Shown here one piece after another: positions 56,197-64,000 of a stretch of DNA of 64,000 nucleotides. A model generated the notes under the pieces. That model was given only the letters and a program-made list of their open reading frames with translations. It was not told the origin of the DNA and ran no database searches. This DNA comes from Bryobacteraceae bacterium (GTDB lineage Bacteria > Acidobacteriota > Terriglobia > Bryobacterales > Bryobacteraceae). A program made the position numbers and the translations under genes. The stretch's first letter is position 1. Every line of letters starts with the position of its first letter. The stretch is from contig CAXNGH010000005.1 in assembly GCA_964201715.1 (NCBI GenBank), positions 25,665-89,664 of the forward strand, given 5' to 3'.

Positions 56197-57339
56197 ATGT
56201 TCAGCCGGTATCGAAATTTGGCCGTGCTCGTCCTCGTCGTGGCCGCGCAACTGATTCTGGTGGCTTACCAGGTGCGGACCAGTAAAGACGTGACCCTGCT
56301 CCGCGCCTGGACGGTGACGGCCGTATCGCCGCTAGCCAAGGGATTGGAGGTATTGCGTTCGAGCACGCTGGGGTTGGCGGAGCGGTATTTCTTGTTGGTG
56401 GGGGTGAATCAGGAGAATCTGGCAATGCGGGCCGAGTTGGACCGGTTCAAGCTGGAGAATCAGTTTCTGAAAACGGAGTTGTCGACGGCGGATCGGGCAC
56501 GTTCGCTGAGCGTGTTTCAGGAGCATAGCCGGAGCCGGACGGTGGCGGCGCGGGTGATCGGGACGGGCACGGGTGCGAACTCGAAGGTTGTTTTTATTGA
56601 TCGGGGCAAGAGCGACGGGGTAGTGCGGGGGATGGCGGTGATTACACCGGATGGGATAGTGGGGAAGATCACGTTTGTTTTTCCGCACGCGTCGCAGGTT
56701 TTGCTGGTGACGGATCCGACGTTTGCGGCGGGGGTGATCTCGCAGAAGAACCGGGTGCCTGGAACGTTGAAGGGGTTGGGGCGGAGCCAGGTGCAAGTGG
56801 ATTGGGTGCAGAACGAGGTGAAGGTGGAGGAGGGCGAGTGGTTTTTTACCTCGGGGGACGATCGGTTGTTTCCGAAGGGGTTGCCGGCCGGACAGGTGAA
56901 AGTGGTGAAGGCGGGGTTGGCCTTCAAAGAGATTTACTTGGATCCCAGCGGGCTGATGAGGGGACTCGAAGAGGTGCTCGTGTTGCTGGAAGGGATCCAT
57001 CTGGCGATTCCGGAAGGGGCGCTGTCGCCGGAGGGGCCAATTTTTGTTATGCCGGTGGTTCCGCCGGATGTAACGAAAACGAACCTGCAGGGTCTGACGT
57101 TTCCAGCCGGTAATCCGGCATTGACGACCGATGCGGATCGATTGCGGGAGAAGATTCGGCAGATAGGGGAGCTGCAGGGGGTTCGTTTTGGGAGCGCGGG
57201 GCCGCGGTTGCCGAATTTCAATATGGACCCGGCGCAGGTGACGCGGCCTCCGCTGCCTGCTTATGAGCCCTCGGGCAAGCCGGCGGAGCCAAAGCCAGCG
57301 GCACCGGTGGATCCGCCGAAGCCGGGGGCGCAGCCGTAA
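56197..57339 (+). CDS. mreC: Rod-shape-determining protein MreC (with a Pro-rich C-terminal tail)
   Basis: 380 aa with an N-terminal TM (LAVLVLVVAAQLILVAY), a coiled coil (ENLAMRAELDRFKLENQFLKTEL) and GMAVITPDGIVGKI...GTLKG beta-barrel motifs. It lies in the position between mreB and mreD. Confidence 0.85.
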   Translation: MFSRYRNLAVLVLVVAAQLILVAYQVRTSKDVTLLRAWTVTAVSPLAKGLEVLRSSTLGLAERYFLLVGVNQENLAMRAELDRFKLENQFLKTELSTADRARSLSVFQEHSRSRTVAARVIGTGTGANSKVVFIDRGKSDGVVRGMAVITPDGIVGKITFVFPHASQVLLVTDPTFAAGVISQKNRVPGTLKGLGRSQVQVDWVQNEVKVEEGEWFFTSGDDRLFPKGLPAGQVKVVKAGLAFKEIYLDPSGLMRGLEEVLVLLEGIHLAIPEGALSPEGPIFVMPVVPPDVTKTNLQGLTFPAGNPALTTDADRLREKIRQIGELQGVRFGSAGPRLPNFNMDPAQVTRPPLPAYEPSGKPAEPKPAAPVDPPKPGAQP

Positions 57340-57342
57340 GCG

Positions 57343-57879
57343 ATGCCTGAACTGAGCAACCAGATCCTGATTGACAATCCGCGCCGGAGTAAGATCTCCC
57401 GTTATCGGCCGTATTGGTTGATTTTAGTGCCGTTGCTGGCGATCCTGTTCCAGGTGAACATTCCGCTGTTTTTTCGGCATTTGTCGTATCTAGAGTTGCC
57501 GTTGCTGGTGACAGTGTATTTTTCTTTGATGCGGCGGGAGCCGGTGACTTGTACGTTGATCGGGGCGGTGATTGGGCTGGTACAGGATTCGATGTCCAAC
57601 CACTACATTGGAATCTTCGGGATTGTCAAGACGCTGGTGGGTTATTTTGCGGCGTCAGTAAGTTTGCGTTTTGATGTGGAAAATACGACGGTTCGGCTGG
57701 TACTGAGCTTTTTCTTTTTCTTCTTTCACCAGTTTTTTTCCTGGGTGCTGGGCCGGGCACTGCTGGGCCAGAATGTGGACTTCGATTTGTGGCAGACATT
57801 GTTGTTTGGGGCGTTCAATGCTTTGGTGGCGGTGCCGTTGTTTTTGATTTTGGATCGGCTCCGTGATCGTACCCAGTAA
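57343..57879 (+). CDS. mreD: Rod-shape-determining protein MreD
   Basis: 178 aa, a polytopic membrane protein in the canonical position after mreC. Confidence 0.8.
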   Translation: MPELSNQILIDNPRRSKISRYRPYWLILVPLLAILFQVNIPLFFRHLSYLELPLLVTVYFSLMRREPVTCTLIGAVIGLVQDSMSNHYIGIFGIVKTLVGYFAASVSLRFDVENTTVRLVLSFFFFFFHQFFSWVLGRALLGQNVDFDLWQTLLFGAFNALVAVPLFLILDRLRDRTQ

Positions 57880-57909
57880 TTCTCGATAGAATAAGATGGA
57901 GTACTCAGA

Positions 57910-59793
57910 TTGCCCCCGCTCTCGCACAACGCCTCGCAGCACGAAACGCTAGATCCGGCGGTGCTCCGCGACGATACGACTTTTGCAATTTGGCGGATTG
58001 CGTTTTTCCAGTATGCGGTGGTGGCCGTTTTCCTGTTTATCCTGTCGGGTTTTTGGACGTTGCAGGTGCAGGATAACCTGATCTACAGCGAGGCGGCGGA
58101 TCGAAATCGGATCAAGTCGACGCCGATGCTGGCCGCGCGAGGGAAGATTTTGGATCGGGACGGGCGGGTTATTGTCGATAACCATTCTTCGTTTAGCGCG
58201 ATTTTGTCGCGGGAAAACTTGAAGGACGAGCATTTACCGACGATTACGGCGGGTTTGAATTTAGATCAAGAGGATCTGCTGGCTCGTTTGGGTCGCTGGA
58301 AGTCGGTGCCGAAATATCGGGCGATCGTATTTAAGGAAGAGTTGACGCCGGCCGAGATTGCGTTTGTCGAGAGTCACAAGGATCCGGACACCTTTCCGGA
58401 GTTGGAACTGGTGCGCGTGCAACATCGGCTGTATCCCAAGGACAACTTGTTGGCGCACGTGATTGGGTACGTAGGGGAAGTGACGGAGGCGGAGCTTGAT
58501 TTGCCCGATTTCGCCAAGTACAACCAAGGCGACGTGATCGGGAAGGCGGGGATTGAGCGGCAGTACAACGAAGTTCTGATGGGAACCGATGGCGAGCGGC
58601 AGGTGGTGGTGGATTCGAAGGGAAACGAGCGGGAAGTGATTGGTTATAAGGACGCGATTCCGGGGCGGAGTTTGCAGTTGACCGTGGATTTGGATTTACA
58701 GATTGTGGCCGAGTTCGCGATGGAAGGGCGTCGGGGAGCGGTAGTGGCGTTGGATGTGCGGTCGGGCGAGGTTCTGGCGATGGTGAGCCGTCCGGCGTAT
58801 GACCCGAACAAGTTTGCGGGCCGGATTCGGCGGAAGGATTGGGACGACATCATATTGAATCCGGATAAGCCGATGTTTAACCGGGCGATTCAATCGAACT
58901 TTGCGCCGGGGTCGACGTTCAAGCCGCTGGTGGCTTTGGCGGCCTTGGAGGCGGGGGTGATCGATGATAAAACCACGTTTAACTGTACGGGCGGCATGTC
59001 GTTTTATGGGCGTCACTGGGGTTGCCATTTACGAAAGGGGCATGGGCGGGTGAACTTGCAGCGGGCGCTGGAGCAGAGTTGCGATATCTTTTTTTACAGT
59101 ACGGCGAACCTGCTGGGAATCGATAAGTTGTTTGAGTATGGCGACCAGTTGGGGCTGGGAAAGGAGACTGGGATCGACCTGCCGTTTGAGGGCAAGGGGC
59201 TGATGCCATCCTCCAAATGGAAAGCGCGGACGCTACAGCAGAAGTGGATGGGCGGCGATACGGTGAACGTGGGGATTGGGCAGGGCTATGTGAACGTGAC
59301 GCCGATTCAGTTGGCGCTGATGATTGGAGGCATTGCGAATGGCGGCATTTGGAGTCGGCCACATTTGGTGAACGATCCGAATCGGCGAGAGACGCATAAG
59401 CTGGCGATTAATCCGGTGAATGCCGGGAGTGTGATCTACGGGATGTATGGCGTGGTGAATTTAGGCGGGACGGGTGGTTCGGCGCGGTTGCCGGGGGTGG
59501 AGGTATGTGGCAAGACGGGGACGGCGCAGCTTTACGGATTTGACACGAAGGCGCGGGGATCGGCGATAGCGAAGGATTTGCGGGACAACGCCTGGTTCGT
59601 AGGCTTTGCGCCACGGACGAATCCGGAGATTGTGGTGGCCGCGTTGTTTGAGAACGGTGAGCATGGGCCGTTGGCAGCGCCGATTGTGCGGGATGTTTTG
59701 AAAGTATATTTCGATAAGAAATCCCGGCAAGTAACGCGGACGCCGACGCTGGCGATGGCGCCGTTGGGTCAGAAAGGGTTTGCGGTGAACTGA
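57910..59793 (+). CDS. mrdA: Penicillin-binding protein 2 (elongasome transpeptidase)
   Basis: 627 aa (TTG start in the track; the start is uncertain). Motifs: RGKILDRDGRVI, PGSTFKP (SxxK), an SxN region and CGKTGTAQ (KTG). Confidence 0.9.
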   Translation: MPPLSHNASQHETLDPAVLRDDTTFAIWRIAFFQYAVVAVFLFILSGFWTLQVQDNLIYSEAADRNRIKSTPMLAARGKILDRDGRVIVDNHSSFSAILSRENLKDEHLPTITAGLNLDQEDLLARLGRWKSVPKYRAIVFKEELTPAEIAFVESHKDPDTFPELELVRVQHRLYPKDNLLAHVIGYVGEVTEAELDLPDFAKYNQGDVIGKAGIERQYNEVLMGTDGERQVVVDSKGNEREVIGYKDAIPGRSLQLTVDLDLQIVAEFAMEGRRGAVVALDVRSGEVLAMVSRPAYDPNKFAGRIRRKDWDDIILNPDKPMFNRAIQSNFAPGSTFKPLVALAALEAGVIDDKTTFNCTGGMSFYGRHWGCHLRKGHGRVNLQRALEQSCDIFFYSTANLLGIDKLFEYGDQLGLGKETGIDLPFEGKGLMPSSKWKARTLQQKWMGGDTVNVGIGQGYVNVTPIQLALMIGGIANGGIWSRPHLVNDPNRRETHKLAINPVNAGSVIYGMYGVVNLGGTGGSARLPGVEVCGKTGTAQLYGFDTKARGSAIAKDLRDNAWFVGFAPRTNPEIVVAALFENGEHGPLAAPIVRDVLKVYFDKKSRQVTRTPTLAMAPLGQKGFAVN

Positions 59794-60884
59794 TGGGATC
59801 TTATCGAACACTGCGGGACCTGGATTGGGGGTTGTTGATTTTATCGTTGTTGATTTGTGGCTTGGGCGTTTTGCAAATATTCAGCGCGACGCAGGGCACG
59901 AAGTGGCAGAATGCATGGTGGAAACAGGTGGTTTGGGTGTTGTTGGGACTGCTGTTGATGTGGCTGATCAGTTCAATTGATTACCATACGTTGTTGGGGC
60001 AGGTTCCGATGCTGTACGCGAGTATGGTGGTGCTGCTACTGCTGACGTTCGTGGTTGGGAGCAAAATCTTTGGAGCGAGGCGTTGGATCGCCCTACCAGG
60101 GGGTGTACTGCTACAGGTCTCGGAATTCGCTAAGATTGTGGTAGTTCTTATGGTGGCTCGCTTTTTGACCGAGCTGAAGACAGAGGCCATTCATTGGCGA
60201 GATCTGTTGAAGCTGGTTGGTTTAGTTGGGCTGCCGATGTTGTTGGTCATGAAACAGCCGGATTTGGGCACTTCACTCACGTATATACCGATTCTCGCGA
60301 CAGGCATCTTCCTGGCGGGTCTGCGTTGGCAGTACGCCTTGAGTATCGGAGTGCTCGCAGCGTTGTTGATTCCGTCGAGTTGGTTTCTTTTAAAGGATTA
60401 TCAGAAGAGCCGTATTGAAACGTTTCTCGATCCTAGCCGGGACCCGAAAGGGGAAGGCTACCAGATCATCCAGTCGAAGATTGCGATTGGAAACGGCGGC
60501 ATGTGGGGCAGAGGGGTGACCAAGGGGACGCAGACAAAACTGCAGTTTCTCCCGGTCCCTCACACGGATTTTATCTTCTCGGCATTTGCGGAGGAGCACG
60601 GATTCGTCGGCGTAGTCGTCGTGTTAGGGTTGTATTTTTTATTGTTGATGCAGATTGTGCAGAATGCGCAGACCTCGCCGGACCGTGCGGGGATGTATAT
60701 CTGCATGGGAGTCTGCTCCCTGTTGTTATTTCATTTGCTGGTGAACGTCGGTATGGTTGTGGGAAAGATGCCTGTAACGGGTATTCCGCTCCCGTTCATG
60801 AGTAGCGGCGGATCTGGCATGTTGAGCGTTTTTATGATGTTGGGGCTTGTGCATAATGTTCGGCTCCGGCGTTTTGTGAATTAA
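59793..60884 (+). CDS. rodA: SEDS-family peptidoglycan polymerase RodA
   Basis: 363 aa with QPSEFAKI-like LQVSEFAKIVVV, PDLGTSL, HTDFIFSAFAEEHGF and PLPFMSSGGS. Its start overlaps the mrdA stop. Confidence 0.9.
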   Translation: MGSYRTLRDLDWGLLILSLLICGLGVLQIFSATQGTKWQNAWWKQVVWVLLGLLLMWLISSIDYHTLLGQVPMLYASMVVLLLLTFVVGSKIFGARRWIALPGGVLLQVSEFAKIVVVLMVARFLTELKTEAIHWRDLLKLVGLVGLPMLLVMKQPDLGTSLTYIPILATGIFLAGLRWQYALSIGVLAALLIPSSWFLLKDYQKSRIETFLDPSRDPKGEGYQIIQSKIAIGNGGMWGRGVTKGTQTKLQFLPVPHTDFIFSAFAEEHGFVGVVVVLGLYFLLLMQIVQNAQTSPDRAGMYICMGVCSLLLFHLLVNVGMVVGKMPVTGIPLPFMSSGGSGMLSVFMMLGLVHNVRLRRFVN

Positions 60885-61053
60885 AGAATCGAACTGGAAG
60901 CAGCGGCAATCGCAGCTCCGGCGTAGAGGACCGATCAAGATTGAAATAGGAATTCGATTTCCCGCCGAGGTCGGCTCAGTAGCCGCTGGCGCGACATTCT
61001 TGCCCTTCTTTCGCCGTACCGATAGGCCGCATGCTCCACGAGGAGAGTAGGCG

Positions 61054-63864
61054 ATGAGTAAAGAGTTAGTTATATCGTCGAACCGCCACGAAACGAAAGT
61101 GGCCATTCTAGAGGACGATCAATTAGTAGAACTTTATTTTCAGCGGGCGAACGAATATTCGCTGGCTGGAAGTATTCATAAGGGCCGAGTTACGAGAGTT
61201 CTCCCGGGCATGCAATCGGCGTTTGTGGACGTCGGTTTAGAGCGGGATACCTTTTTGTACGTGACAGACTTTTTTGAGGAGCATCACGATGACCTTGACA
61301 AAGTTGGAGGCGACGAGCGACCGCCGGAGCGGGCGGCGGAACGACCTGTGGAACGATCCGGGGATTCCGGGCGGGACCGCGATCGTGATCGAGGACGGGG
61401 GGGGCGGGATCGAGATCGGGATCGTGGGCCGCGTCCACCGGCCCCGGCAGCCGCTGTCGTGGCTGCTCCGTCCGGAGAGCCTTCTCCGGTAACGGAGGCG
61501 GTGGGAGACGCGCCGGTCGTAGACGGCAACCTGGCTGGTGAAGAAGCTGCGGGAGAGCGTGATCGGCGAGGTCGTCGGGGACGTCGGCGGGGTCGGCGGG
61601 AGCGAGGGGGCGGGAATCTGCCGGACTCGAAGTACGCGAGTGCGGACGAGGACCCTGCTGAAGCGTTGGGCTTGACTGAGTCGGAGCCGGAAGCTGTGGT
61701 TGCGCCTCCGGTGGTTGCCGCAGCACCGGTTCGCCTGGAGCCGACCGGATCGATTTGGGCTGCACCGATTACAGAATCGATTATGTTGCCGGGCGAGTCG
61801 TTAGCAAAGTATCGGCGTCAGGCACAGCCTGTACACCCGGTGGTTCAGCATGAAGCGGTGGTGGAGCCGGTAGCGGCGAAGATTGAGAACGAAGCGGTGG
61901 TGGAGCAGGTATTGGCACAAGTGGAGGCCGCTGACCCGGAACCGCCGCCGATGCCCGAGCCGCCGCCGATTGTGGTGGTTGCTGCGCCGGAACCGGAGCC
62001 CGTCGTTGAGGTGGTGGTTGAGCCGGTTGCCGAGGCCGTCGTTGAGGTGGTGGTTGAGCCGGTGATTGAGCTGGCGCTCAGTGCGGGAAAAGAGTTAGAG
62101 GCTGACGAAGAGGGAGCGATCGACGAGACTCGGGAAGAGATTGAGATCGACCTGCACGTCGACCACGAAGAAGAAGACGACGAGCTCGACGCGGCGCAGG
62201 CGGCAGCGGAGGCAGCGGTAGCGGCCGAGAGCGGCGAGCAAATCGCGGCGTCAAACGAAGACGAAGGCGACGAAGAGGACGATGAGGAAGGCGGGGAGCC
62301 GAGTGAAGAGGGTCCGGAGCCGGCGCGGCAACCGCAGAGTTTGACGGCGGCGTTGCGGGATCGGGATCGGAACTCGCGGTTCCAGGCGAGAGGTCGGCGC
62401 ACGCGTGGCCGGCGCCGTGGTCCGCGGGAGCGGGGTAATGAGATCGACGGCCCGCCGGCTGCTGTAGCCGCCGCTGATCCGGCTCCTCCTCCGATCGTGA
62501 ATGCGACAGCCGCGCCGGAAGTGCGGGAGCGGTCAAGCGAACGGCCAACGGATCGGGACCGGGGACGGGATCGTGACCGCGGTCGGGATCGAGATCGAGA
62601 GCGGAGTACTGAGGGTAACTCGGAAGCCGGAGGGGAGCGGGACCGTCGCGAGCGTCCTCCGCTGCCGCAGATCACGGATTTGCTGAAGGCCGGCCAAGAG
62701 ATTCTGGTTCAGATTTCGAAGGAACCGATTGGTGCCAAGGGTGCTCGGATCACGTCGCACATCGCGCTGCCGGGCCGGTTCTGTGTGTACATGCCGACGA
62801 CCGATCACAATGGCGTGAGCCGGAAGATTGCGTCGGACGAAGAGCGGTTGCGGTTAAAGCGGATTTTGCAGACGCATCGCACGGGCATGCCGGGTGGTTT
62901 CATCATTCGGACAGCGGGCGAGGGGCAGAGCGAGGAAGAGATCGCGGCCGACATGAACTTCCTGTACAACCTTTGGCTGGACATCCGGTCGAAGGCGGAG
63001 AAACGCCCGGCTCCGTTGCTCGTGCATCACGATCTGGACATTGTGCAGCGGACGCTGCGGGATCAACTAACGACGGACTACAAAACGATCTGGCTCGACA
63101 ACGAGGAGTTGTACGAGAGCACGGTGAACTTCGTCCAGCGGTTCCAGCCGGCGCTCGTCAGCAAAGTGAAGTTGTGGACGCGTCCGGTGCCGATCTTCGA
63201 CACCTTCAACATCACGACAGAGCTGGAAAAGGCTTTGCGGCCGAAGGTATGGCTGAAGTCGGGTGGTTACATTGTGATCAACCAGACCGAGGCTTTAGTG
63301 GCCATTGATATCAACACGGGTAAGTACGTGGGTAAGTCGAACCGATTGGAAGATACGATTGTCAAGACGAATACCGAGGCCGTGAAGGAGATCGTTCGTC
63401 AGATCCGGTTGCGCGATTTGGGCGGGATTATCGTAGTCGACTTCATCGACATGGATGAGCGCAAGAACCGACAAAAGGTGATGCAGGTGCTTGAAGAAGC
63501 CATGATGGTGGATCGCGCACCGTATAAGATTCTGCAATTCAACGATTTCGGACTGGTCGCCATTACTCGGAAACGGGTGAAGCAGTCGCTGGAAAGGACG
63601 TTGTGTATGCCCTGCGTTTATTGTGAAGGCGCGGGTACGGTGAAGAGCGTGCAGACGGTGATCGGCGAGATTCTGGCCGAGTCGCAGAAGTTGGCACGGG
63701 CGGTAGACGGCAAAGAGGTGATGCTGCGAGTGCATCCTGAGGTGGCGAAGGTGCTGAAATCGCACAAGAACCAGTATCTCGAGGAGCTTGAGGGTATCTT
63801 CGGCCGGCCGGTGCTCGTGAAGGGCGACGCGGCGGTCCATATTGAAAAATACGATTTGGGCTGA
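61054..63864 (+). CDS. rne: RNase E/G-family endoribonuclease with a ~445-aa low-complexity insertion inside the S1 domain
   Basis: 936 aa. The first half of S1 is GSIHKGRVTRVLPGMQSAFVDVGLERDTFLYV. A charged/Pro/Ala/Val-rich stretch follows. S1 resumes at ITDLLKAGQEILVQISKEPIGAKGARITSHIALPGRFCVYMP, followed by the catalytic core (ALVAIDINTGKY, GGIIVVDFIDM) and a Zn-link-like CMPCVYCEG. Confidence 0.9.
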   Translation: MSKELVISSNRHETKVAILEDDQLVELYFQRANEYSLAGSIHKGRVTRVLPGMQSAFVDVGLERDTFLYVTDFFEEHHDDLDKVGGDERPPERAAERPVERSGDSGRDRDRDRGRGGRDRDRDRGPRPPAPAAAVVAAPSGEPSPVTEAVGDAPVVDGNLAGEEAAGERDRRGRRGRRRGRRERGGGNLPDSKYASADEDPAEALGLTESEPEAVVAPPVVAAAPVRLEPTGSIWAAPITESIMLPGESLAKYRRQAQPVHPVVQHEAVVEPVAAKIENEAVVEQVLAQVEAADPEPPPMPEPPPIVVVAAPEPEPVVEVVVEPVAEAVVEVVVEPVIELALSAGKELEADEEGAIDETREEIEIDLHVDHEEEDDELDAAQAAAEAAVAAESGEQIAASNEDEGDEEDDEEGGEPSEEGPEPARQPQSLTAALRDRDRNSRFQARGRRTRGRRRGPRERGNEIDGPPAAVAAADPAPPPIVNATAAPEVRERSSERPTDRDRGRDRDRGRDRDRERSTEGNSEAGGERDRRERPPLPQITDLLKAGQEILVQISKEPIGAKGARITSHIALPGRFCVYMPTTDHNGVSRKIASDEERLRLKRILQTHRTGMPGGFIIRTAGEGQSEEEIAADMNFLYNLWLDIRSKAEKRPAPLLVHHDLDIVQRTLRDQLTTDYKTIWLDNEELYESTVNFVQRFQPALVSKVKLWTRPVPIFDTFNITTELEKALRPKVWLKSGGYIVINQTEALVAIDINTGKYVGKSNRLEDTIVKTNTEAVKEIVRQIRLRDLGGIIVVDFIDMDERKNRQKVMQVLEEAMMVDRAPYKILQFNDFGLVAITRKRVKQSLERTLCMPCVYCEGAGTVKSVQTVIGEILAESQKLARAVDGKEVMLRVHPEVAKVLKSHKNQYLEELEGIFGRPVLVKGDAAVHIEKYDLG
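62002..62063 (+). repeat. Tandem duplication (36-nt period) inside the rne insertion
   Basis: GTCGTTGAGGTGGTGGTTGAGCCGGT occurs at 62002-62027 and 62038-62063, encoding VVEVVVEPV twice. Confidence 0.7.
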
Positions 63865-64000
63865 TGGATCGACTGGTTGCAGTAGCGGTTAGTTGCGCAG
63901 CGCTGGCGCTCGGTCAGGACCTGACGGTTCGGAGCGAGTTCCAGCGCCCGGGTTTGGACGGCGAGGTGGTGGCGGTCGATCAGTCGGGCCGGTCTCGGGA
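63864..64000 (+). CDS. 5' end of an exported protein (cut by the window edge)
   Basis: The ATG at 63864 overlaps the rne stop (TGATG). MDRLVAVAVSCAALALGQDLTVRSEF... has a signal peptide and region-typical G-ending codons. It is not in the ORF track because it has no stop in the window. Confidence 0.45.
   Translation, partial: MDRLVAVAVSCAALALGQDLTVRSEFQRPGLDGEVVAVDQSGRSR

Noticed and set aside
61370-62610. Short periodic repeats (GATCG(G/T)GA... arrays, 36-nt tandem) as a possible CRISPR or other non-coding array
   Set aside because: They are in frame within rne and encode Arg-Asp dipeptide arrays and a VVEVVVEPV duplication. The units have no regular spacer architecture. No CRISPR-like array exists anywhere in the window.

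Overview
High-GC (~60%) chromosomal segment that looks acidobacterial, probably Bryobacterales/Solibacter-like. The evidence is two TonB-dependent receptors with carboxypeptidase-regulatory N-domains and a giant Ig-repeat protein ending in what I recall as the Solibacter C-terminal domain. From 16.7 to 64 kb the content is mostly housekeeping: gdh, mutS, anmK, secA, a DsbD-like protein, an M28 peptidase, a 9-gene his operon (hisI-G-D-C-HAD-B-H-F-A), a secreted caspase-like cluster, mreBCD-mrdA-rodA, and an RNase E/G gene with a ~445-aa charged insertion inside its S1 domain. pdxR-like/pdxS/pdxT lie at 9.8-12.8 kb. The first ~10 kb is accessory and decaying. It holds a GH42-like gene destroyed by 6 nonsense codons, 3 homopolymer frameshifts and a transposon insertion. 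It also holds a frameshifted SnoaL-like gene, a degraded vapBC module, a doubly frameshifted conserved hypothetical gene, and two copies of a ~325-355 bp MITE-like element (inverted termini, 10-bp target duplication, conserved three-stem core). Most unusual signals: (1) a very strong strand-composition asymmetry that flips sign between ~15 and ~18.5 kb with origin-type polarity but no oriC-like intergenic space; (2) the structured MITE; (3) a candidate leader-peptide attenuator in front of hisI; (4) a promoter-to-terminator bounded ~120-nt sRNA candidate at 32.95-33.1 kb; (5) the split-S1 RNase E. I found no rRNA, tRNA, CRISPR array or recognisable defence system. All family calls come from remembered motifs, not searches. 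Two edge-truncated CDSs (1-987 minus, 63864-64000 plus) are missing from the ORF track. Many long track ORFs are antisense shadows of real genes.
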